This document shows, piece by piece, positions 35,546 through 47,191 of a stretch of 64,000 nucleotides of DNA. The notes under the pieces were generated by a model. It made no database searches. It had not been told where the DNA came from and saw only the letters and a list, made by a program, of their open reading frames with translations. The DNA is from Phyllobates terribilis (taxonomy: Eukaryota): contig NW_027362763.1 in the NCBI RefSeq assembly GCF_046119375.1, forward strand, positions 101,928,001-101,992,000, read 5' to 3'. The position numbers and the translations under genes were made by a program. Every line of letters begins with the position of its first letter. The stretch's first letter is position 1.

Positions 35546-35815
35546 TAATTTGAATGAATACACTTTAAATCCATTTACAAGGATCTATTGGAGGGCAAGT
35601 CTCATGCCAGCAGCCGCGTAATTCCAGCTCCAGTAGCGTCCACTAAAGCTGCTGCAGTTAAAAAGCTTTTATAAGGATCGAGCTCGGCTGTCCACCGCAA
35701 GGCATCCTACTGCCAGTCCCAGCCCCTATGCCTTGGGGTGCCTCCTGATGCTCTTCACTGAGTATCCCATGGTCCCGAAGCATTTCCTTTGAAAAAATTA
35801 AGTGTCTAAACTACA
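35546..35815 (+). pseudogene. Degenerate 18S rRNA fragment in hAT copy 2
   Basis: Near-identical to 12870-13140; 1-nt deletion in GCCGCG(G)TAA. Confidence 0.9.
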
Positions 35816-35919
35816 GGTGGTGTAGCTTGCTTAACAGCCGGGATAATCCGCTGACTAGCAGACACTGCTACTAGGCACAAAGTATTTCCTGGGCTAGATG
35901 CAGTTAAAAATTTGTAATT

Positions 35920-37733
35920 AGATACTCTCGTTGGATGCTGAGAAAGCATTCCATAGAGTCTCCTGGCACGCCATATATGATTCTCTTAAAAAGCTTGGGG
36001 TAGGGGTCTAGGGGACCCTTTTATAGCCAAAATCACGGCCCTGTATCGCAATACGTCACCTAGGCTGAAGATAAATGGAACTGTAGCACCCTGAGGGCTC
36101 GGTTGCTACAGACGTATTGCACCTCACCCAGAGGTGTGATATCTCACTCTCAGGTAAGGATGGAGTGTGGATCAGGACCCGACACCTGCATGCATTACAC
36201 CACATTGCCGTGGGGCAGGGCGACCAATATGCCCCTGAGATGGGCACGACAGTCCCTGTCCCTGGCTGGAGTGGGGGGAGGGAACACTGAGGAAGGGGAA
36301 CCCTGTAGTGCAGGAGCAGGGAGGAAGCAGTTCCTGGGTGCATTGAGAAGGGAGTATAAAAGGTGGGCACCATCTTAGTTCAGTGCAGAGAAGTCTGAGC
36401 AGAAGTGGCAGGGAGCAGGGGCTCTGCATGAGCTCTGCTCCGGAGGCGGGCCTAATAACAGAGGCCCAGGCCTGGAAGAGGGAGAAGGAAGGAAGAGGAG
36501 CGGAGAAGGCTCCAGGAACGAGGAATGAAGGGATCCCAGGGGTGCGGACGGGCGAGTCGCCACCGCACGCCCGAATCCACCTGCGTGGAGGGGTCAGGCC
36601 AAAGGGGGAGACCGGTCCCCGAACTAGTGGAGGCAGGAAACGACCCTCAGCTAGAAACCGGAGGCTCTGACATTTTATGTGGCGCAGCCCCTTGCTCCAC
36701 CCGCTAGGAAGGCACCACATAGGGTCAGGGAAACTGGCGCCAAGTTTACCAAGAGGAGGCCCGAGGCAGCCGGACAGAAGTGTTGGTAAGAAAGGCCAGA
36801 CAAAGGACACACAAAGGGGGTCCTGTGAAGCGCTCCAAAGTTATCTGGGAGTTGTCTGAGCCCCTCACCTGGTGAGCACAGTACGACGTGGGCAGCCGTT
36901 ACCTGCAGACGTGGTCTGGATAATAAGAACTGTGAGTAAAGGCCCTGAACTGCATCACTGACTCCGTGTCGTTACTGCTGCTGCCCTGCACCATCACCCC
37001 CATCCTCCGCATACACTGCCCTGAGGCTATACTCCTCCCGTGGGGAGTTATGCTACGCTCTGCTGCACCCACAACACCAGCCTCAGCGGTCTGCCCTGTA
37101 GCGGCGGTTCACTCTGACCGCAATCCACGGGTGGCGTAGTCGGACATTTAAACATCAAAACCACATAAATAGTTCCGCCACTGGTTTGACCGCCCTGAGC
37201 CACGGAACCGGGTCGCCGCCACGAAGACTACAACCACCAAAAAGGGTCCGGCTCCGGGTGTCCCAAGGACCAGGGGGTGCGTCAGAACATTTTCATCACC
37301 TTTCACAATCACCAATGGGACAAGGCAGGGATGTCCTCTGTCCCCTCTCTTATACATCCTAGTGACGGAGCACCTGCTCTCATCAATTCGCCATAACCCC
37401 AATATTAGGTGGATTGAGGTGGGAGGCACCGAGTACAAGTGCTCTCTATTTGCTGATGATGTCCTAGTATATATCACTCAATCACATATATCCATCCCTG
37501 CTGTTATGGCTGAAATAGATCACTTTGTTACATGGTAAAATTTTAAAATCAATGCAGCGAAGTCTGAGGCCCTCGATGTCTCCCTCCCCAAATCCATATA
37601 GGATTCCATCCAGTCCAACTTTCCCTTTGCCTGGCCCTCACAGGGTATCAAATACTTAGGAATTCCTATTCATAGAGACCTCTCCCATCTATGTTATCTT
37701 AATTTTGGGCCCTTTATTGAACAATTCCATACA
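35920..37733 (+). mobile_element. L1 RT fragment in hAT copy 2, split by a solo LTR
   Basis: Near-identical to 13245-15068. Confidence 0.85.
36082..37284 (+). mobile_element. Solo LTR in hAT copy 2
   Basis: TG...CA; the same GAAC TSD and junctions as 13407-14619. Confidence 0.85.
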
Positions 37734-37806
37734 GACCACGGTTGGCAAGTTAGAACTGTAAGATTCACTACGTGAACCGCTGGTGTTTTGTGGAAAAGCA
37801 CATGTA

Positions 37807-39169
37807 CACCGCGTTCCAAATTATTATGCAAAAAGTGTTTAGGAGTGATAAGGGAAGAACTTGTTTGTTTGTCAGTTAAACTCATTGATGGTGATGTGTG
37901 TCAGGGCTCTTTATATCACTGTAAGCAATTGCAGACACCTGTGCTAATTAGTTTGGCAGGTGTGTCCAATGAAAGGCAAGACTACTTAAGAAGGCTGTCT
38001 CACATTATTAAGCAGCCTACATTTTCTGCCAAAATGGGAAAGAAAAAGGATGTGTCGGCTGCTGAGAAGCAACAAATTGTGGAGTGTTTAGGTCAAGGCA
38101 TGACTACAATCAACATTGTGCGATGATCAGGATGAAGTGTCTTGGCAATCAAGAAGTATGTAGCTGATTCACATTACACACGTGTGCGTGCTGATAAGGG
38201 CAAATTGAGGACTCTTTCCTACAGGCAATTACGTCAGGTTGAAAGAGCAGCGGCAAAAAAGCCTTGTCATAGCAGCAGACAAGTTTTTGAAGCTGCTTGT
38301 GCCTCCAACGTCCCCCGAACAACAAGATGCAGGGTCCTTCAGAGGTTTGCAGCTGTGCATGCGCCATCCTGTCGACCTCCTCTATCCACTTCACACAAGC
38401 AGAAACGGCTCCAGTGGGCCAAACATTACATGAAGACTGATTTCAAAACTGTTTTGTTCACGGATGAGTGCCGTGCAGCGCTCGATGGTCCAGATGGATG
38501 GAGTGGAGGATGGCTGGTTGATGGACACCCCACGCAAACACGGCTACAGCGCCAACAAGGAGGAGGTGGAGTAATGTTTTGGGCTGGAATCATGGGGAGA
38601 GAGATTGTCGGCCCCTTTAGGATCCCTGAAGGCGCTAAAGATGAACTCCATAATGTATGTGGATTTTCTCAAACAGCACTTCCTGCCATGGTTCAAGAAG
38701 AAGAACCGTGTATTTCACAGCAAGATCATTTTTCTGCATGATAATGCACCATCTCATGCTGCACATAAAACATCTGCATCTCTGGCTGATATGGGCATAA
38801 AAGGGGACAAACTTATGGTGTGACCCCCATGCTCCCCTGACCTCTACCCCATTCAGAACCTTTGGAGCATCATTAAAAGGAGTGTCTATGATGGCGGGAG
38901 GCAGTTCACATCTAAGCAACAGCTCTGGGAGGGTATTCTGTCCTCATGCAAAACAATTGAAGCAGAAACCATCCAAAACCTGACAAATTCAATGGACGAG
39001 AGAGTTCAGAAGCTCCTTTCGAACAAGGGGTCCTATGTGAAAATGTAACATCACCTAGAATAAAGTTTTGAGTTGAAAACTGTTTGATTTCAGTTTCTAA
39101 CAACCTGCTAATGCTTATAATTTCAAAAATGACCATTTTTTTGGTCTTTATTAAAATGAAAAGGTTGAT
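37807..39169 (+). mobile_element. DD37E-type Tc1 in hAT copy 2 (transposase remnant 38034-39048)
   Basis: Same TA site and same truncated right end as 15142-16500. Confidence 0.85.
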
Positions 39170-39505
39170 CGAAAAGTTTGGGGGATCTAAGAGTGTGGCA
39201 ACCCAGTAGTCATGATTACTTCGAATTCTGACAATATGAGGGTCATGCTGCAGGTAGTGCAGCAAGAAGGCACTTATGTGTCTTGCGCATCTCGGAGCCC
39301 CAAAATTATTTTCCGGGCTAGATGCAGCTAAAAATTATTTTTAATTTTAAATCTGGTGGAGCTTATTATAGATGGCCTAATAGGATCAGTGCTGCACACT
39401 GCTACAAAGCCCAAATTATTTTCCAGTCAAGATACAGATAAACATGATTAGTAATTTGAAAGCTTAAAACGTTTGGTAGGGTGATTTTAACCAATCATCA
39501 AGCTT

Positions 39506-42500
39506 TTACTCTCCCCAGGATGACACAGGGGTAGAAAAGTCGTTTCGGATCCATGATTTGTTCATCTTTATGAACGTGAGTCTGTCTACATTATCAGTGG
39601 AGAGCCGCGTGCGCTTATCTGTCAGCACACCACCAGCAGCGCTGAACACACGTTCAGACAGAACGCTGGCTGCGGGGCATGACAAGATCTCCAAGGCGTA
39701 AGTGGCTAGCTCCGGCCATTTATCCAGATTGGAAGCCCAAAAAGAGCAAGGGTCCAGTGACACAGTCGTGGCTTCAATGTTTACTTGGAGATACTCCTGT
39801 ACCATCGTCTCTAGGCGTTGACTGTGTCAGACTTCTTGTCTCCTGTGGCCTTGCAAAGGATGGGCTAAAAAAGTGGTGAAATGATTCCGCAAAATTGATG
39901 TTACCAGCAGATACTGTGGTTCTGTTACGGTTTGAGTGCTGAACACTTGACGGTCCCACGGTTGGCAAGTTGGAACTGTGAGATTCACTACGTGCACCAC
40001 TGGTATTTTGTGGAAAAGCACATGTAAGATTCTGCAACAGTCTCTGCTGATACTCCTGCATGCGTGCATCTCTTTCTATGGCAGGAATAATTTCTGCAAA
40101 TTTACTTTTGTACCGGGGATCTAACAGTGTGGCAACCCAGTAGTCAGGATTATTTCTAATTCTCACAATTCGAGGGTCATGTTGCAGGTAGTGCAGCAAG
40201 AAGGCACTCATGTGTGTTGCGCATCCAGGAGCACCAAGTCCCTGTTGTGTTGGTGGCGAGGTAACAATCATGCTTCCTTCCTCTGTCCTCTCCCCCCAAC
40301 CTCGCACAACAGAAATGTGATCAAGGTCTCCCTCATCTGATGAGTCTTCCATCAGTTCGTCCTCCACTTCTTCCTGGGCTCCTGCACCTTCCTCACTAGT
40401 TTGGCTGCTACCATGCGCCCTGGTAAAACCATCTCCCCCACCCTCACATGCCTGCCGCCTTGGTGCTGCCGACCTTCTGGACCTTGCAGATGTTAGCCCT
40501 TCCGCATACAACTCCTCCTCCTCTACTTCCTCCACCTCCTCTTGTGCCACCACCTGACTCCGAATTCTGTTTAACATGTGCTCCAGCATGTAAATCACCG
40601 GAATAGTCATGCTGATAATGGCATCGTCAGCACTAAACATCTTCGTCGCCATTTCAAAACTGTGCAGAAGGGTGCATAGGTCCCTGATCTGAGACCACTC
40701 CTCCAGCGTGATTTGCCCCACCTCTGAATCTCGTTGGCCCAGGCTATACGTCAGAACGTATTGCACCAGGGCTTGTCGGTGCTGCCACAGTCGCTGCAAC
40801 ATGTGCAGAGTTGAATTCCACCGGGTAGGCACATCGCATTTTAGCCGGTGAAGTGGCAGGCCCAACGACTTCTGTAGAGATGTAAGTCGCTGAGCTGCGG
40901 GATGCGAATGGCGGAAGTGAGCACACAGCGACTGTGCCCTCTGCAGAAGGCCATCTAGTCTGGGATAGTGGGCTAAAAATTGCTGGACAACCAGGTTCAA
41001 CACGTGAGCCATACAAGGCACGTGTGTGACATTGCCCCGGCGAAGGGCCGCACCCAGGTTTGCAGCATTGTCGCACACGGCCTTCCCTGGTTTCAGGTCC
41101 AGTGGAGACAACCATTCATGAAATTGGTTCTCCAGAGCTGACCACAACTCCTCAGCTGTGTGACTCACATTTCCCAGATATTTCAATGTAAAAACCGCCT
41201 GATGACGTTGAGCCCTACTGCCAGCATAGTAAGGAGGTGTGCAGGATCCCTTCTGCGCAGTTCGAAAGCTTGTGGCATGACCAGACAGGCTTTGGGTGCA
41301 GGTGGAAGACCGAGAGGAGGTTGAGGAGGCAGAAGCAGTGGAGGAACTTTGACATAAAGAGGATTGACGCACAACTCGTGGGGACGGCAAGACTTGGACA
41401 GCAGCCCCTTGTCCTGCTGTCACCATAGTTACCCAGTGCCCAGTCAGCGACATGTAACGCCCCTGTCCATGCCTACTCGTCCAAGTGTCTGTGGTGAAAT
41501 GCACCCTGTCACACACAGAGTTTCTCAAAGAAGCGGTGATGTTGTGTGCGACATGCTGGTGGAGCGCAGGCACACCTTTCTTTGAGAAGTAGTGCCGACT
41601 GGGCATCTGGTACTGGGGCACTGCGACGGACATAAGGTCTCGAAAATCCTCTGTGTCCACCAGGCGGAAAGGCAGCATTTCTGTAGCCAAGAGCTTGCAG
41701 ATGGTGAAATTCAACCTCTTAGCTTTCTCATGGCTAGGAGGAAATGGTCTTTTACTTGTCCACATCTGAGGGACCGAGGGCTGGCTATTGTGCTTAGACG
41801 GGGTTGATAAGGGTGTCCCCGGCAAACTGCCGGTCTGTGAGGAAGATGCAGGCGGACATGTTAGGTTGCCTTCATCCAAAGGTGGTGCTATCGATGTCAG
41901 ACAGCGCTCAACACCAGCTGGTGTTACCACCTCCAAAGAAAATGATGACCTGCCAATCACGCTGGCTGTTGCGGGTAAAGAGGTGGCAGGTCTGCGCCCC
42001 AAAACAGGTGTGACTGCTGTCCCCCCAGTCACAGAGGATGAAGAGGCCGCGGATGCACAAGATATGGCAGACGGTGGTTGTCCCGGCCGGCTAGGCCGCA
42101 TTGTAGCACACTGAGCTTCCCACTGCAACTTATGCTTCATGTCCATGTGCCGGTTCATGCATGAAGTACTCAAACTATGTATTTTTTGGCCTCTACTTAG
42201 CTTTTGCTGACAAATGTTACAGATAACACGAGTTGGGTCATCTTTATCGATCTGAAAAAATGCCCAGGCTATGCAAGGCTTAGCACCCATGCGACCTGAA
42301 GAGCCACCACGACTTGTGATGAGAGGCAGAGTTGTGTTTGAGGATGCAGTTGTTGACGTGCTTCCAGTACTACGTCTCTGTCCAGGAAGGCGCAACCTGA
42401 CCTCGTCGTCACTAGCATCTTCCTCCACCTCCTCTGCTGACCTCCTCTCTTGGCTGACTGTGGGTTGACAGTAAGTGGGATCTCCGACCTCATCATCATC

Positions 42501-43205
42501 ACCCTGTGCGTTATCACACCCGTCGTCCTCAGAGCCAACCTGTTCCTGCCCTGACAAAAAACTAAAGTTGTCGCTCCAATCAGGTATTTGAGTCTTATCA
42601 TAGTCTTCCTCATTGTCTCCACCAACAGGAGTTACAGTTTGGGAATGAGGGTCTACATTATGGTCAGAACCTTCTGCGTCTGGTCCTGGATCCGACTCAT
42701 AAAGATTCTGGGCATCAGTGCAGATCATTTCCTCGTCTGGATTCACAGAAGCGCTGGAGTCGACCTCTGATTCCCAGGCTATAGTATGAGTAAACAGCTC
42801 TGCAGACTCAACCATCTGTTCTACCTCATACTCAGACGGGCAGCTGGAGATTTGGCAGCTGTGAGGAAGCAAGTGCGATTTGGGTGACACCTTTGAGGAC
42901 TGGAGTATTTGTGATGTTGAAGTTGATGTGGAGGAGAGCCCACTTAAAGGAGCACTTGATATCCGTTGAAGCACCTGCTGTTTTTGTGCCTCATCTGGAA
43001 TTTGTAGCGATTGGCGTGGCCGTAAGAAAGGGATCTTATCACATTGTCCGCTAAAAGAAGTAGACATTTTAGTTTGGCTGGAAGATGGTCTTTCTTCTGC
43101 AGATGTTACTGTTGCTTTAACACCTACCCCACGGACACAACCTTTTTTCCCCTTCCCAACACGCCTATTCCCCTTTCCACCAGCAGCAGGCCTTTTTCCA
43201 CTCAT
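39506..43205 (-). pseudogene. hAT transposase copy 2, frameshifted near the C-terminus
   Basis: 2-nt deletion at ~39823 (actgtgtc vs actatgtgtc) separates a 1143-aa ORF from the 39506-39805 frame that carries SERVFS and the dimerization domain. Confidence 0.9.
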
Positions 43206-45511
43206 TTTGGTGGTTAACTAATTCACAACTCTGGAGTTGTTTGCACAAAAAAACAATGGATGGTAACCGAGCAGAGCTGAGTGGCCAAACTGTGGTATTA
43301 GGCCAAAACTATTGGCTGGGTTAGATGCAGAAAAAAATTATATTCAATTTGCAACCTGATGGAGGTCAGTATAGATGGACTAATAGAACAAGTCCCACAC
43401 ACTGCTAGAAGCCCAAATATTTTTTCAGAGGTACTGTAGATGCAGAAAAAAATTATATTCAATTTGCAACCTGATGGAGGTCAGGATAGATGGACTAATA
43501 GAGAAAGTCTGACACACTACTAGAAGGCCAAATATTTTTTCAGAGCTAGATGCAGAAAAAAATTATATTCAATTTGCAACCTGATGGAGGTCAGTATAGA
43601 TGGACTAATAGAATGATGCTATGCCCAAAAGATTTTACTTCACTAGGTGCAGTAAAAAAATTGGTATTCTATACACAGGTGGTATATCTTGCAACACAGA
43701 TAGGCTACTCCACTGACTAACACACTCTGCAATAGGCCAAAAAGGATTAGCTTTGCTAGATTCAGCCAAATGCTGTGAAAAAAACTTGCACAGCACTGGC
43801 ACAGACCTGCCTGGCAAAAACTGATAGGAACTCATGTAACCTAGTCCTGAAAAGGACTGCAATTACAATTAGTCTTTACTCCCACAACCGATCTATTTAA
43901 GAGCACAGACCTGCCTGATAAAAGTCGTAGGAAATGCTGTAACCTAGTCCTTAAAAGGACTGCAATCACAACTATTCCCTACTCCCAAGCTATCTGTATA
44001 TTTGTGCGAAAATTGGCTTGAAATTAACAAGGTATAGCGCACACAGCAACAGCGGTGCCGTCTAACACGCAGCTGCAGCAGTGAGAAAATGGTGGCGACG
44101 GGGAAAATGGCTTGGTCTTATAGGGCAAGGACATGTGACATACACTGCCAATGACACATGCCCTTGCTTGTGTGAAAAAAAGCACTTCGCTCCGTGTGTG
44201 CGCTGCTGATAGGCTGACAGATTGCACCTCCCCACTGTAAATGCGGGAAAGAGAAAAAAAAATGGAGATCTTCATTGTTCCTGCAGAGATCCATCCCCTG
44301 CCCCTCCCCCCACCCCGCTGTACACTCAAACTGCGTATTAACATTAATTTTCATCATTACTGAGAAAAAATCCAGTTATGATTTTGGTGCACGAACAGTT
44401 ATCGAACATAACCTCGAACAGCTGAATTTTTCTCAAATTGTTCGTGTTCGCCGAACGGCTCGAACACCGCCCAAAACAGCTCGAATTTGAGATTGGCGAA
44501 CAGTTCGAGTAGAACAACGCTCATCTCTAGTTATGACCATGCATCGGTGACACGCAATCACGTGACGGGGTCACCGATGGGCGGGGTAAGTGATGCGCTT
44601 CTGACGCGGCGCTGTTAAATGCCGCTGTCAGATTGACAGCGGCGTTTAACATGTTAACAGCCGTGGGTGGATTGCGATTCCACCCACGGCTGTTGCGGGC
44701 ACTTGCCAGCTGTAATCAGCTGACATGTGCCCGGTTCAGTGCAGGCTCAACGCCGGAACCCTCACTGAACTGGGGATTACAGCCCGTGCTTACTAATACG
44801 ACACAGGCTGTAAAGTGGTATTATTACATGGAAATAATATTACTGTCTATTTGTCCTATAGTAAAGCTGCTAATACAACTAAAGGTAAAGGCTCCATACA
44901 CATTAGATGAAAATGTGGAAACAACCAATCGTACAGTGATTGCCCCAAACACTACACAGAATATATCAGACTATATTCATTTTTTTGCGTAGTAAAAACT
45001 CATAATCTGCTGAAAAAAAATCTAACTCTGAACCAGTGTGTTCAACAATCTTAAATGTTCATCTTCATTTATCGAAATCCACAATCGTTCCTTTGCACCA
45101 CACAGACAAGTCGTTCATTATGGTTGAGGTCATTCTTGATATATCTAATATGTAGGGGCTTCCGATGTTTGTTTATCCCCCATCAGTGGTGCATCTGGTT
45201 TTCTTATCCAAAAAAAAAAAAAAATTCCAAGCATCTTCTACCTATTAAATAGTAAAAATGGAAAGCACTTAGTGCACTCATGTTGTCCATTTCATCTGTT
45301 TTTTTTTCTTTTACTGAACTTGTGAACGTGGCCTTACAGATGTGCTCACAATTTGGAGCTGTCTCTGATCAATGATCTCGTTGGCAGATGACTTTCACAC
45401 AGAAGGGATCACCTGTGGAGACCACCATAGATCTACAGCTTCTAGAATTACATGTTGTGCAATAAAAAGTTATATTGTGGTACCATATTAGCCAGAAAAA
45501 TCGATGTAAAT

Positions 45512-45745
45512 ACTTTTATGGCCAAAAATGACAAAAGTATTCTCGGAGTGTTCCCTTTTTTTAGGATAACCAGAAAATTATATATCTTTGTAAGCTTTGA
45601 GAGCACAGGGGCTCCTTCAGGCAGGATTTTTGTAATATTGCCTGAAGGAGCCTTTGTGCTCTGAAAGCTTGCAAATATATATTTTTCTGCTTACCCAATA
45701 AAGTTATCACTCTGAGAATTCGTTTGTCAGCTTTGGGCATTAAAG
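45512..45745. repeat. ~110-bp-arm hairpin (Penelope-like inverted pseudo-LTR)
   Basis: 45512-45623 is the inverse of 45638-45745; contains AATAAA and a CTGAAG-GAGC..GCTC-TGAAAGC motif. Family assignment is inference. Confidence 0.55.
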
Positions 45746-46067
45746 ACTTACATGTGGATGTTCTCAGAGGGGCTTTACTTGTAGCCATTAGCATCACATT
45801 AGCCCCTCAGTGCCACTCCTATGTGGTCACTGGTTATTGTGCAGCTCATATAATCAGGCTTTGCCCATAGCCTCAGGTGTCTCCTTCTCCCCAGGAGCCA
45901 AGTTTCCATTTGGTACATTTATATCATTAATAAAATGTATTTAACATTATTTAAAAAAAAAAATCTAATTAAATTCTATTCATGTTTAACTAGTTTCAGA
46001 CTTCTGTGACCTGATCACAGCTGCAATCTGTGGAGATCTCAGCAGTAAGTTCTCCATTATGATATTA

Positions 46068-47191
46068 TGACAAGCCCAGGGGATGGGGATGACTCGGTTA
46101 CCCGGGCCTTTAGCCTTAAGGAGGTCGCGGTGGTCGGCTCCCGGGCCCGTACTCTGGGGTCTCTTTAAAAAGGCGTTGATAGATGTTAAGTTTATAAAAG
46201 TTCGTGACGCCACCTGTGGTTTCTGTTGATATTCACCAGCACTTCGCAGTCCGCTGAGGCCGGTGATAAGGCAGCTAGATGGTATAGCTCCAGACAGGTG
46301 GAGCTGGGCCTCAGGGCAGTATCGGAACGGGGATGCAGGACAAGGAGACTCAGCTGAGTCGGAGCAAGAACAGGGACGGACACAAAAGTCACTTCAGTAC
46401 CTTTTACTGATGGAAATTCAGGCACTCCCCGGAGCACTGTAGGGTGAAGGGTGTATGTCTGGATCCTCCCCAATCAGCAGGTTTTGGGCCTCCTGGTTCT
46501 TGCTGCTGCGTAATAAGTTTCTGACCTGCCTGGAGCTAGGCCTAACTTTGTCTCTGTCCTGCGCTGGCTGACCTTGTGGTAGAGCCTTCTCTTGGAGTGC
46601 ACGCTCCCGACCTACGGGGCCTATGTGTCTCCTGGCTCTGGTACGTATCAGCACTTTAGCGATCCTGGGACCTGTAGTTCTCCAGGGATTCCGGTTTATC
46701 TTACTGGGTCGTGGAGATCCCGGTAAGCTTCGGACCCGGTGTCCGGTAACTGCTTCTTCGGGGTGAGCTAGTTAAGCTCCTCTGCCCCCTATGAACTAAC
46801 TCTCTACTCCTTCGCCTACGGCCTACTCGGACCCTCAATAGGCTACTCACACTAACGGTAGCGTGCCGCTCTTCACCGATCTTATGGTGCCGGCACACCT
46901 CAAGCTCACCTCTCTGAGCTACACGGAGTCTTGATCTGGAAGCTCCACTGCAGGCTGACCTCTCTCAGGCTTCTACTGCAGGAACTCTCTCAACAGGTTT
47001 GCTCTCTGTCAATTCCAGTCTAGACTAACGGCTGCCTGGCTCCACCTTCCCTTTTATATCCCTAACTGGCTCCCTCTGGTGGTCTGAGGTGGAAGGTGGA
47101 GATGTGTGAATGGTTATGGGGGCCTCTTGTGGAGGAATCCATCAATACACCCTTCCAGGAGTTGTGATACCAAGCACAGCTGGGCTTCACA
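46068..47191 (-). mobile_element. Solo LTR of a second family
   Basis: TGACAAGCCCAG...CTGGGCTTCACA; TSD ATTA (46064-46067, 47192-47195); orientation inferred from a minus-strand TATA-like motif near 47050. Confidence 0.8.

Larger units (their letters stand above)
35052..44529 (-). mobile_element. Composite hAT transposon copy 2 (9478 bp)
   Basis: Same termini and cargo as copy 1; TSD GTTATGAC (35044-35051, 44530-44537). Confidence 0.95.
34376..44820. mobile_element. piggyBac-like non-autonomous element (same family as 50470-51757), split by hAT copy 2
   Basis: ttag-CCCCTTCACAACC start; 34380-35050 and 44530-44810 align to 50490-51750; absent at the paralogous site ~11035. Confidence 0.7.

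Noticed and set aside
12361-44537. hAT copies 1 and 2 as part of the segmental duplication or as a haplotype mis-assembly
   Set aside because: Different TSDs, different host elements, and much higher identity than the flanking paralogous DNA.
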